From the NCBI GenBank assembly GCA_020631855.1, contig JACKGU010000001.1, positions 295,601 to 359,600 on the forward strand: a stretch of 64,000 bases of DNA, written 5' to 3'. Shown piece by piece: positions 30,460-38,777 of the stretch. Source of the DNA: Candidatus Nomurabacteria bacterium (GTDB lineage: Bacteria > Patescibacteriota > WWE3 > UBA101185 > UBA10185). The notes beneath the pieces are model-generated. The model had not been told where the DNA came from. It saw only the letters and a list, made by a program, of their open reading frames with translations, and made no database searches. Numbering within the stretch: position 1 is the stretch's first letter; the number at the start of each line of letters is the position of its first letter. Both the position numbers and the translations under genes were made by a program.

Positions 30460-31074
30460 CTAATCTCTTAGAATCTTCTTTTCAAATCTAGTTTTAATAT
30501 AGCTCTTTGGGTTCATGAAGAAGTTGTAAAAGACAAACGTAAACAATGTTAACGAAATTAGCAAACCCAAAGTTACGCTAGTAGAGCCAGTTACAGGAAC
30601 TGGTGCGGTAGTTTGAGTTGTTTGAATTACTCCCCCGCCACCTCCTGCTGCAGCAGCTAAGACTGCAGGTGTATTTACTCCTCCTACCGACTCGGAATCA
30701 CCAGCACCGGTTACTAAAGATGCAAAAACACTTGGCTCTTCCATTGCCCCATCGGTTGCCTGAGTCACGGAAGTTGTTGTAGGTTCAGCAGAACCTGTTT
30801 CTTTTATTGAATAAATTCCCATAACGGCCTCATTGTCGCCTGGAGTCTTTTTCTGAGCATTTTTAGAGGAAATTGAAGAATCGGAAATTGAAACCGAATC
30901 AACGGAAGTCTCAGAAACCATAAAATACAGCGCACTGAAAACCAAAACTGATATCGAAAAAGTTATTATAAATGTTTTTAAGCCATTCTTAGCTTGACTG
31001 TTAGTATTCATAGGCAGGAATCCTAATACTATCAATATACTGAATGTCGAGATCTCCCTTAAACGGCACAGCAT
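30460..31074 (-). CDS. Secreted Thr/Gly-rich protein with C-terminal sorting-signal-like tail (candidate sortase substrate)
   Basis: N-terminal hydrophobic segment (FIITFSISVLVFSALYFMV), low-complexity T/S/G/A-rich middle (AAAAGGGGGVIQTTQTTA). C-terminus 'PVPVTGSTS' + hydrophobic 'VTLGLLISLTLFTFVFYNFF' + basic 'KSYIKTRFEKKILRD', which is the tripartite architecture of LPXTG-type cell-wall sorting signals. True start uncertain. Adjacent to the sortase gene. Confidence 0.4.
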   Translation of the reverse strand: MLCRLREISTFSILIVLGFLPMNTNSQAKNGLKTFIITFSISVLVFSALYFMVSETSVDSVSISDSSISSKNAQKKTPGDNEAVMGIYSIKETGSAEPTTTSVTQATDGAMEEPSVFASLVTGAGDSESVGGVNTPAVLAAAAGGGGGVIQTTQTTAPVPVTGSTSVTLGLLISLTLFTFVFYNFFMNPKSYIKTRFEKKILRD

Positions 31075-31246
31075 TTATTCTAGCTTGTTCCGAAATTTCA
31101 AAGGATCTTGAGATCTCTTCTCTTCCTTTTGAAAGTACTATAAAAAGTATAAAGATACTTGAGCAAAAAATCAACAAGAACCATTTCATATTATTATTTT
31201 ATATCTTTCTACAAACAAATACTTCATAAAAATGCAAAGCTTAGTA

Positions 31247-31828
31247 TCAATTAATATAGTAAATAGCAAATGTAACTATAAGAGTATCCTTTCCGGAATT
31301 GGGATTGGAATCTACATCCGCCCGTGCACTAACCACTGCGTATACTCTTTTTGAGACACTCAGGTCCTGCAGAAATTTAGGCAAAGCAGAAATATCTCCT
31401 GTTAACTTAGCAGAATAGAGCTCAGAGTATTCAACATAATCCGACTTCGTCACACTGGAATCATTGGAGGATGTCCCCTTGACTTCATCAAGCGACAGTC
31501 CGTTAATCCTTGCTATCTGTGATAGTTCAAAAATCATACCATCGTAGTCCTTTTCAACGGGAACTCCATTCATAATAATTTCAGTTTTTAAATTTCTTAC
31601 TAAATAAGGCTCGAGCAGAGCTACACGATTTATATTGTTTTTTATAATAGTTCCTTGCTCCGAAAACTCTTTAACGAGATCTTTCTTATATTTATAGGCG
31701 GAATAACCCCTAACGGCACCGAAATATCCCACAACAACTACATTAAAAGCTAAAAAGCACAGAAACAAAACAAAATTTCTGTAAGGTCGGCTTTGTATTT
31801 CTCGATCATAATAATTATTCAACTTCAT
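31247..31828 (-). CDS. PilO-like bitopic membrane protein (putative type IV pilus alignment component)
   Basis: 193 aa; single N-terminal TM (FVLFLCFLAFNVVVVGYFGA); 'MIFELSQIARINGLSLDEV' resembles the conserved PilO segment. 4-nt overlap with the upstream PilN-like gene. Confidence 0.35.
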   Translation of the reverse strand: MKLNNYYDREIQSRPYRNFVLFLCFLAFNVVVVGYFGAVRGYSAYKYKKDLVKEFSEQGTIIKNNINRVALLEPYLVRNLKTEIIMNGVPVEKDYDGMIFELSQIARINGLSLDEVKGTSSNDSSVTKSDYVEYSELYSAKLTGDISALPKFLQDLSVSKRVYAVVSARADVDSNPNSGKDTLIVTFAIYYIN

Positions 31829-32466
31829 TTGTATGTAACCTCTATCGAAATATCATACGAGCCCCCGCGATTTAAGCCTGCGTACAATAAACTGATTGAT
31901 TCTATATCTTTGTTTGAAAAAAGATTAGACATATAGATAGAAGCGTTTATCGGCTCGGAAACAACAATGTTTAGGTTTGCTTTATCAGTATCAAATGACG
32001 TGCTAGAGTAAAAACCCTTCGGCACATCCGTATTCATTACTTCTGCGTGTCTGCTGATCAGACTTCTTTTTGACTCTATAGATTTGTAAGTAGCTATACG
32101 ATCATTTACTTTAGTAACATCGGCAATAATATCTTTTCTGCTGCTGAAAGTATCTGACAAGTCTTCGACTTCTATTACAAGCTGCTCAAGCTGTCGGTTA
32201 ACTGAAAAGTTAAGCAGAAGGATAATCAAATATATTACCTGAATAAAAATGATTAAATAAACTATTATCCTCGGGGTAGAGTCGGGAATACTAATACTTT
32301 TTTCTTGAAATAAGTTTGGGGTATAAATAGGCTCAGTTGCCTCTAGCGGCTCATTTAGTGGCTGGTTTAGTCTTTGCTTTAGATTTTGAAGCTTTTTCTT
32401 TGCTGGCAGTAGAAACTTTAGTTTCTTTTTCAGCTGTATTTTTTTCTTTTTCTGGACCTTGGGCAT
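31825..32466 (-). CDS. PilN-like bitopic membrane protein (start uncertain; ORF overlaps rpsT 3' end)
   Basis: 213 aa ORF; K-rich N-terminus, TM (IIVYLIIFIQVIYLIILLLNFSV), coiled-coil 'NRQLEQLVIEVEDLSD', then an alpha/beta region. The first 39 codons overlap rpsT in another frame. Confidence 0.35.
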   Translation of the reverse strand: MPKVQKKKKIQLKKKLKFLLPAKKKLQNLKQRLNQPLNEPLEATEPIYTPNLFQEKSISIPDSTPRIIVYLIIFIQVIYLIILLLNFSVNRQLEQLVIEVEDLSDTFSSRKDIIADVTKVNDRIATYKSIESKRSLISRHAEVMNTDVPKGFYSSTSFDTDKANLNIVVSEPINASIYMSNLFSNKDIESISLLYAGLNRGGSYDISIEVTYK

Positions 32467-32728
32467 TGGCAGATACTTTCTTTGAAATCTTTGATTTTAT
32501 TCTGGCAGCCTTGTTCTTATGAATAACGTTATTTTTTGCAGCTTTATCTACTACTTTATACAATACTCTTTCCTGCTCTTTGATTATATCAAGTTCTTTT
32601 GTATTTGTAGAAAGCAATTTTTCTATTGCCTTCACAGAAGCCTTAATCTTGGTTTTCCAGAATATGTTATGAAGTCTTTTCTTCGCAGAAGATCTGACGG
32701 CTTTTTTTGCTGACTGTGTATTTGCCAT
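32351..32728 (-). CDS. rpsT: 30S ribosomal protein S20 with Lys-rich C-terminal extension
   Basis: Start at 'MANTQSAKKAVRSSAKKRLHN' (ATG 32726-32728; the longer ORF to 32767 is rejected). 'NVIHKNKAARIKSKI' matches the S20 'GLIHKNKAARHKANL' block. About 30 extra K/E/T/A-rich residues at the C-terminus. Confidence 0.85.
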   Translation of the reverse strand: MANTQSAKKAVRSSAKKRLHNIFWKTKIKASVKAIEKLLSTNTKELDIIKEQERVLYKVVDKAAKNNVIHKNKAARIKSKISKKVSANAQGPEKEKNTAEKETKVSTASKEKASKSKAKTKPATK

Positions 32729-32800
32729 ACTGCGGTAGTATGATAACACAGTAGCACAATTTGACAATACTTTGTTATACTAGGACCCCATAACTGATCA

Positions 32801-32920
32801 ACCACCACCAGCTGACGCAGGTGATTTGCTGTAATTTCTTTGCGCTGTAAAGCCCAACATGTTGGGCAAACTACATTTACTAGCTTACGCAAGTAGTTTT
32901 AAGTAACGAAATTATATAAG
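32801..32920 (+). repeat. Copy C of the ~115-nt structured repeat family
   Basis: ACCACCACCAGCTGACGCAGGTGATTTGCTGTAATTTCTTTGCGCTGTAAAGCCCAACATGTTGGGCAAACTACATTTACTAGCTTACGCAAGTAGTTTTAAGTAACGAAATTATA. Sits in the divergent spacer between rpsT and murJ. Confidence 0.85.
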
Positions 32921-32976
32921 ATAGCAAAAATTAAGACGGTGCTTAAATAATCGGCTGTGTACACAGGCCGTAATTT

Positions 32977-34671
32977 TTGCTAAAAAGAAACATACATAGA
33001 TACAAAAAAATGAAAAAGTTTTACAAAAACATAACCAATAAAATAAAAATTCGCGGAAGATGGAGCTTTATAGCCAAGGCGCAAAAAACTATACTTTCGG
33101 CAGCATTCGTGATCGCACTCTTTGCAGGCCTTTCTTCCATACTGGGCTTTGTCAAAGGGAGAATGCTAATTAACTTTTTCGGAGTTAGCGACGAGCTGGG
33201 TATCTTTTACGCCGCAGACAGAGTGCCCAACATGGTGTACTCAATAATAGTTGCCGGAGCTATATCCACTATATTCATTCCTGTATTCACCGATTTATTA
33301 AAAAAAGACAAAAAGGAGGCGTGGAAAACAGCCTCGAACGTCATTAACATTACACTGATTTCTTTCCTTTTTTTAGGGGGATTTCTGGTAATTTTTGCTT
33401 ATCCTGTCATGAATCTTTTATCCCTGGGCGAATTAACGCCGGAACAACTTAAGCTAGGGGCGGGCTTAATGAGAATAATGGTAGGATCACAGTTAATTTT
33501 AATTTTGAGCAGCCTGCTCTCAAGTATTCTCCAATCACATAAGTTCTTTTTAGTCCCAGCTGCAGCTCCAGTACTTTACAATGTGGGCATGATCGTCGGC
33601 TTGATTGCTCTATCCGGAAAATATGGGATATATGCTCCGGCGCTGGGCACAGTAGTTGGAGCCGCACTCCATTTGCTAATTCAGATACCTTTATTAAAAA
33701 AGACAAGCTTCTCCTATGTTGTAAGTAAAACATTGCTAAACAAAGAGACACGAAAAATTTTTTCACTTGTACCGCCTAGAATTGCGAGTGTGGTTCTAAC
33801 ACAGCTCTCCATTGTGGTCAACAACTCTCTTGCCATACTTATATCTCCTGCCTCGGTAGTTATCTTAAAATCCGCAAGCCAAGTTCAGTTTTTACCTGTA
33901 AACATTTTTGGGGCTTCTATGGCTTTAGCCTCGCTCCCCGTTCTTGCGGAACATGCGGATACAAGCGAGCACGACAAGTTTAAACGAATTTTTATAACCA
34001 CCTTACACCAAACCGCATACCTAGTACTTCCTTTTAGCGCCCTGATGCTTGTTCTAAGAGTTCCCATAGTGAGGATTGTTTATGGGGTTGCCAACTTTCC
34101 GTGGGAGGCCACGATAGAGACAGCCTTAACGCTTGGATTTTTCAGCTTATCAATATTTTCTCAAAGCGTAGTGTACCTGTTTACCAGAGCTTTTTATGCT
34201 CTAAAAGACACTACCACTCCTGTCACAGTGAGTTTGCTCACCATTATTATAAATACAACTCTTTCAGTATTTTTTGTACATTTTTTAAGATTGGGGGTGT
34301 GGTCTCTCGCAATGTCTTACACAATTACCAGCCTTCTGGACTCTATCTTACTTTTCTACAAACTGGATAGAAAATTAAACGGATTTATATTATCCGAGGT
34401 TTTAGTTCCTTTAATAAAGATATCGACCGCCTCCGCTATGATGGGTGTTTTCGTTTACGTGCCAATGAAAATACTTGATCTGTACGTTCTTGATACGTCC
34501 AGAACAATTCAACTTATCATAACCACAGGCACGTCTGCAGCGTCAGGGCTAGGGATCTACCTACTTCTTACTAAACTACTAAAAGTAGAGGAAGTGAATC
34601 TATTCTATAAACTGATACTCAAAATTAAACCGAAAAAAACTTTTCAAGAAGTAGTTTCAGAAGAACAGTAA
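32977..34671 (+). CDS. murJ: Lipid II flippase MurJ (MviN)
   Basis: 564 aa, about 14 TM; N-terminal 'FGVSDELGIFYAADRVPNMVYSIIVAGAISTIFIPVF' matches the MurJ consensus. Confidence 0.85.
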   Translation: MLKRNIHRYKKMKKFYKNITNKIKIRGRWSFIAKAQKTILSAAFVIALFAGLSSILGFVKGRMLINFFGVSDELGIFYAADRVPNMVYSIIVAGAISTIFIPVFTDLLKKDKKEAWKTASNVINITLISFLFLGGFLVIFAYPVMNLLSLGELTPEQLKLGAGLMRIMVGSQLILILSSLLSSILQSHKFFLVPAAAPVLYNVGMIVGLIALSGKYGIYAPALGTVVGAALHLLIQIPLLKKTSFSYVVSKTLLNKETRKIFSLVPPRIASVVLTQLSIVVNNSLAILISPASVVILKSASQVQFLPVNIFGASMALASLPVLAEHADTSEHDKFKRIFITTLHQTAYLVLPFSALMLVLRVPIVRIVYGVANFPWEATIETALTLGFFSLSIFSQSVVYLFTRAFYALKDTTTPVTVSLLTIIINTTLSVFFVHFLRLGVWSLAMSYTITSLLDSILLFYKLDRKLNGFILSEVLVPLIKISTASAMMGVFVYVPMKILDLYVLDTSRTIQLIITTGTSAASGLGIYLLLTKLLKVEEVNLFYKLILKIKPKKTFQEVVSEEQ

Positions 34672-34730
34672 TTATCTTTTCAATACAGAGAGGGGTTGTA
34701 GTTTTAGATCAAGAATTATAAAGTACTTTT

Positions 34731-36542
34731 GTGAACCATACAGCCAATATTAGAAATTTTAGTATTATTGCCCACATTGATCACGGCAAGTCTACCTTGG
34801 CGGATCGCTTGCTGGATATAACCGGCACTATAGAAAAAAGACAACTCAAAGATCAAACGTTAGACAGCATGGAGCTTGAAAGAGAAAAGGGTATAACAAT
34901 AAAGCTAAAGGCCGTTCGCATGAACTATACCCTCGATTCAATTGAATATCAGCTTAATCTCATTGATACGCCCGGACATGTGGACTTTTCCTATGAAGTT
35001 TCACGCTCTCTGGCTGCTTGTGAGGGCGCTGTTTTAGTTGTAGATGCTACACAAGGAATTCAGGCACAAACCGTTTCAAATGTTTATAAAGCTATAGATG
35101 CTAACCTAACAATCATTCCGGTCATAAATAAGGTAGATTTGGCAGGAAGTAATGTGGAAAAAACGGCCCAAGATTTAGTGGATACTTTTGGTTTTAAACA
35201 CGATGAAATTTTGCAAATCTCGGCAAAAACCGGCCTCGGGATTGAACGGCTACTTTCCGAAATTATTAAGAGAGTTCCTGCACCAAAAGATACCTATGAC
35301 AAGAATTTTCGAGGATTAATATTTGATACATATTACGATGAGTTCTTGGGCGTCATCGCGCTTATTAAGGTCGAGGACGGAAAAATTGAACTCCAGGATG
35401 TGAAAAACCATAGAAAAATATACTTAATGGCAACCAAAGCAGAGTCTGATCCTGAAAGTATAGGAATAATGGTTCCCCACCGCAAAGAAGTGGGATCTTT
35501 ATCTGCGGGGGAGGTTGGCTTCATCTCGACAGGCGTCAAAGATATAAAAACGGTCCGAGTAGGCGACACGGTTACTTTTAAAGATATCGCCTCCGCAACA
35601 CAGCAACTGGAGGGATACAAAGAAGTTAAACCCTTCGTATTCATGTCCATCTACCCAATTGAAAACGATAAATACCCTGAATTAAAAGACGCTTTAGAGA
35701 AGCTGTCTTTATCAGATTCTGCCCTTCAATACACCGCCGAAAGTAACTCCGCTCTAGGATTCGGATATCGTTGCGGTTTTTTAGGACTTCTTCACGCTGA
35801 CATAGTGCAGGAAAGGCTTGAAAGAGAATACAATCTGGAACTGATATCGACTACCCCTAGCGTAGAATATACCGCAACACTAACCACAGGGGAAACCGTA
35901 AAAGTGAAAAACCCATCAGAAATGCCCGAGCCCACTAGAATACAGAGTGTGCAAGAGCCGTGGATTATTTTACATATTTTTTCGCCGGCAACATACACAG
36001 GAGGGATAATTACCCTATGTGAAAGTCGGAGGGGCATTATGAGAAAAATGGAATACCCTACACAAGACACGATTATGTTTGAATACGAACTGCCTCTATC
36101 TGAACTTGTAAATAATTTTTTCGATGAACTCAAAACAATATCTTCCGGATATGCATCAATTGATTACGACTTTCTGGAATACAGAAATGTAAAAGTAATA
36201 AAAATGGACATTCTGGTACACGGAGCTGAGGTTGAGCCTTTGGCACAAATAGTTCTAAAAGATAACGCCCAAGCAATCGGCAAAAAAATAATAAACAGAC
36301 TAAAAGATGTAATACCACGACAACAGTTTGCAGTCGCTGTTCAAGCCGCCATAGGCGGAAAAATCATAGCTCGCGAGACCATACCGGCCATGAGAAAAGA
36401 TGTTCTATCGGGCATATATGGAGGCCACAGAGAAAGAAAAGATAAGTTATTAGAAAGACAAAAAAAAGGTAAAAAAAGAATGAAGAGACTAGGAAAAGTT
36501 GATATTCCGCAAGAAGCCTTTAGACAAGTTCTAAGTAATTGA
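34731..36542 (+). CDS. lepA: Elongation factor 4 (LepA)
   Basis: 603 aa; 'IRNFSIIAHIDHGKSTLADRLL', 'DTPGHVDF', 'NKVD', LepA C-terminal domain. Confidence 0.95.
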   Translation: MNHTANIRNFSIIAHIDHGKSTLADRLLDITGTIEKRQLKDQTLDSMELEREKGITIKLKAVRMNYTLDSIEYQLNLIDTPGHVDFSYEVSRSLAACEGAVLVVDATQGIQAQTVSNVYKAIDANLTIIPVINKVDLAGSNVEKTAQDLVDTFGFKHDEILQISAKTGLGIERLLSEIIKRVPAPKDTYDKNFRGLIFDTYYDEFLGVIALIKVEDGKIELQDVKNHRKIYLMATKAESDPESIGIMVPHRKEVGSLSAGEVGFISTGVKDIKTVRVGDTVTFKDIASATQQLEGYKEVKPFVFMSIYPIENDKYPELKDALEKLSLSDSALQYTAESNSALGFGYRCGFLGLLHADIVQERLEREYNLELISTTPSVEYTATLTTGETVKVKNPSEMPEPTRIQSVQEPWIILHIFSPATYTGGIITLCESRRGIMRKMEYPTQDTIMFEYELPLSELVNNFFDELKTISSGYASIDYDFLEYRNVKVIKMDILVHGAEVEPLAQIVLKDNAQAIGKKIINRLKDVIPRQQFAVAVQAAIGGKIIARETIPAMRKDVLSGIYGGHRERKDKLLERQKKGKKRMKRLGKVDIPQEAFRQVLSN

Positions 36543-37445
36543 CGAGATATAGGACTTCAATTTTTTCAGCTTAATTACATCTTCTAGCCTTCTGGTGCCG
36601 GCCTTTATCTCCATATAATATTCAAAAATATTAGTCACATCGTTGAGAAACTTCTTTGTTGAAACAACATACCCGGCTATTAGAACGAGCTCGGAGATTT
36701 GTTTAGTACCCATAAATACATCGCGCACAACAAGTAGCAAAATACTAAGTTTAAAAAAAGACACTAATGATTGAAGGCTGAACCAGGAAATAAAACGAAA
36801 AGACTGAACATCACCATACTTACCCCAAACTTTCTCAGCATAACTTTTTACGCGATCATTAACCAAAAGCCGTGAGTAATATTTCTCTCTAACCTGATCG
36901 AATTTTTCGTATAAAACCTCATAGTGTCTTGAAAGAAAATAAGAAGAGATAATATAGAAAGATATCGCAGAAACCTCTAAATAAAAGACTCGTACATCAA
37001 TCAACAATAAGATGAAAGGGATTAAAATAAACTCAACAATTCCCTGAAAACCATCGTCAATCATATGAGTTACAAACCGTCTAATGGCATGAGTTAAATT
37101 ACGAACTGCCTGCACTACCTCCATACGGTCTTTTTCTTTCGGAGAAAACGTTATTAAAAAGTCTGTTTGAACTTCAACAAGCTTTTTTTCTGTCGTAAAA
37201 GAAATCAAAGATTTTGATCCGACACGAACAAGGTGCTCAATAATTTCTGTAACTAGAATAAGGGCAAGGGGCAAAACGATTTCGCTAAGGGACATTCTTT
37301 GCTCTATACGATAAATGCCTAATGAAAATAGAAAAGTTACTAAAAGAGGCCCTAAGGTGCAAATAAGACGCAACAAAATATACAGGTTATACTCTCGCGT
37401 GAAAAAAAATTTAATTAAGTAGTTTCTTATAAGACGGGCAGTCAT
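36531..37445 (-). CDS. Polytopic membrane protein resembling an ABC-exporter transmembrane domain with no ATPase domain
   Basis: 304 aa, about 6 predicted TM helices with long cytoplasmic helical extensions; no Walker motifs. 12-nt convergent overlap with lepA. Confidence 0.35.
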   Translation of the reverse strand: MTARLIRNYLIKFFFTREYNLYILLRLICTLGPLLVTFLFSLGIYRIEQRMSLSEIVLPLALILVTEIIEHLVRVGSKSLISFTTEKKLVEVQTDFLITFSPKEKDRMEVVQAVRNLTHAIRRFVTHMIDDGFQGIVEFILIPFILLLIDVRVFYLEVSAISFYIISSYFLSRHYEVLYEKFDQVREKYYSRLLVNDRVKSYAEKVWGKYGDVQSFRFISWFSLQSLVSFFKLSILLLVVRDVFMGTKQISELVLIAGYVVSTKKFLNDVTNIFEYYMEIKAGTRRLEDVIKLKKLKSYISSIT

Positions 37446-37540
37446 GAATCAATTATACACAGCTAGACACTAGTTTAAACAAATTTTGCATTATAGGTTT
37501 TGTAAGAATTTCAAAGATTAATACAAGCAAACCATACTGC

Positions 37541-37576
37541 TTGACACTCTTAGCACTCATGATAATATAGTGACAA
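37541..37576 (+). promoter_or_regulatory. Sigma-70-like promoter (TTGACA-N16-TAATAT) overlapping a CIRCE-like inverted repeat, immediately upstream of hrcA
   Basis: TTGACA at 37541-46, TAATAT at 37563-68. The CIRCE-like element is at 37550-37576: TTAGCACTC-N9-TAGTGACAA. The left arm is a perfect CIRCE half-site; the right arm matches GAGTGCTAA at 6 of 9 positions with the canonical 9-nt spacer. Confidence 0.5.
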
Positions 37577-37577
37577 T

Positions 37578-38309
37578 ATGTTGTTAACAGAAAGACAGAT
37601 AAACCTACTAAAAGCTATCATAGAAGAGTATTTAGATACTGCTCAACCTGTTGGGTCCTCTCTTATTGTCGAGAAATACAACGTTAAATGCTCCCCTGCC
37701 ACAGTTAGAAACGAAATGGCAAGATTGCTCAGCGAAGGTTTTTTGCAGATGGAGCATACATCTTCGGGAAGAATTCCAACTTCTTCGGCTTATAAGTTCT
37801 TTTTGGAGGAATTGATGGAAGAAGAAGAGCTGGATGTCCTGCAGGAAGTTGCGATGAAACAGAAACTTTGGGCTAACAGATATGAATTTGAAAAACTTCT
37901 AAGACAAGCGGTACTCGCGTTATCTGAAATAACGCAAGAATTGGCCCTAGCTACAACCGATGACGGATACGTAATTCATGCAGGATCGGTTAACCTTTTG
38001 GATCACAAGGAGTTCACTGATGAAAATACAATAAAAAGCATACTACATATGCTGGACAGACACGAGGCGCTAGCAAAAATATTTGAAAAAATAAGCTTAG
38101 TAGATGACGGAGAAGTAAAATGTCTGATAGGCGCAGATTTGGAGCACCCGAACTTAGAAGGTTGCAGCGCAATTGTCGCAAAATACAGCGTGGGGAAAAG
38201 AAAAGGTTATATAGCGGTATTAGGTCCCTCAAGACTTCAGTATCAAAGAATAATCCCTTCACTTAGGTACACTAAAAATTTAGTAGAAGAACTTGGCGGT
38301 TCTTGGTAA
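37578..38309 (+). CDS. hrcA: Heat-inducible transcription repressor HrcA (short, 243 aa)
   Basis: 'LTERQINLLKAIIEEYLDTAQPVGSSLIVEKYNVKCSPATVRNEMARL' is the HrcA winged-helix N-terminus; operon with grpE-dnaK-dnaJ. Confidence 0.85.
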   Translation: MLLTERQINLLKAIIEEYLDTAQPVGSSLIVEKYNVKCSPATVRNEMARLLSEGFLQMEHTSSGRIPTSSAYKFFLEELMEEEELDVLQEVAMKQKLWANRYEFEKLLRQAVLALSEITQELALATTDDGYVIHAGSVNLLDHKEFTDENTIKSILHMLDRHEALAKIFEKISLVDDGEVKCLIGADLEHPNLEGCSAIVAKYSVGKRKGYIAVLGPSRLQYQRIIPSLRYTKNLVEELGGSW

Positions 38310-38776
38310 TCAAAATGACAAGTAAAAAAAGCACAACAAAAGTAGTCGAAGAACTACAGAAAAAAATTGAAGAATACGAAGAAAATTGGAAACGAGCTCT
38401 AGCGGACTATAAAAATCTTCAAAAAAGGGTTGAGGAAGAAAGGGCTGAGATATTCGGGTACGCAAATAAAAACCTAATTCAAAGATTTATACCTGTTCTG
38501 GACAACCTGGAAACTATGGCAAAGCACTTTGAAGACCAAGGAATAAAATTAATTTTAAAACAATTGATACAAATTCTTGAAGAAGAGGGTGTAGCAGAGA
38601 TAGAGTCCGATAAGAAAACGTTTGATCCACATGAAATGGAAGCAGTTGAGCATGTAGAAACCGGAGGCGATCTAGACAACAAAGTTATTGAGACTACTCA
38701 AAAAGGATACAAGATGGGAAACAAAGTTATCAGGCCTGCTAGAGTAAAAGTAGGCAAAACAAAAGGAGAAAAATAG
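38303..38776 (+). CDS. grpE: Nucleotide exchange factor GrpE
   Basis: 157 aa; '[19 protein letters not shown]', '[13 protein letters not shown]', '[19 protein letters not shown]' GrpE blocks. 7-nt overlap with hrcA. Confidence 0.85.
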   Translation: MVIKMTSKKSTTKVVEELQKKIEEYEENWKRALADYKNLQKRVEEERAEIFGYANKNLIQRFIPVLDNLETMAKHFEDQGIKLILKQLIQILEEEGVAEIESDKKTFDPHEMEAVEHVETGGDLDNKVIETTQKGYKMGNKVIRPARVKVGKTKGEK

Positions 38777-38777
38777 T

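Noticed and set aside
31001-31189. 62-aa minus-strand ORF with signal-peptide-like N-terminus (MKWFLLIFCSSIFILFIVLS...) as an independent small secreted protein
   Set aside because: It overlaps the 5' end of the candidate sortase-substrate ORF by 74 nt in another frame, and I cannot distinguish a real micro-protein from a frameshifted or alternative 5' end. It is mentioned under the sortase finding instead of being called as a feature.
32729-32767. Longer rpsT ORF starting at 32767 (MSNCATVLSYYRS-MANTQ...)
   Set aside because: The S20 family begins MANxxSAKK. The 13 extra residues are not S20-like, so the internal ATG at 32726-32728 is preferred.
16081-32920. CRISPR array interpretation of the three repeats
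   Set aside because: Repeat units are about 115 nt, with only three copies at irregular 14-kb and 2.4-kb spacing, no short unique spacers and no cas genes in the window.
16081-32920. Repeats as tRNA, SRP RNA or other housekeeping RNA
   Set aside because: No cloverleaf, T-loop (GTTCxAxxC) or SRP domain IV motif. Housekeeping RNAs are not expected in three diverged copies.
37541-37576. Full canonical CIRCE (TTAGCACTC-N9-GAGTGCTAA)
   Set aside because: Only the left half is perfect. The right half matches 6/9, so it is reported as CIRCE-like and degenerate rather than canonical.
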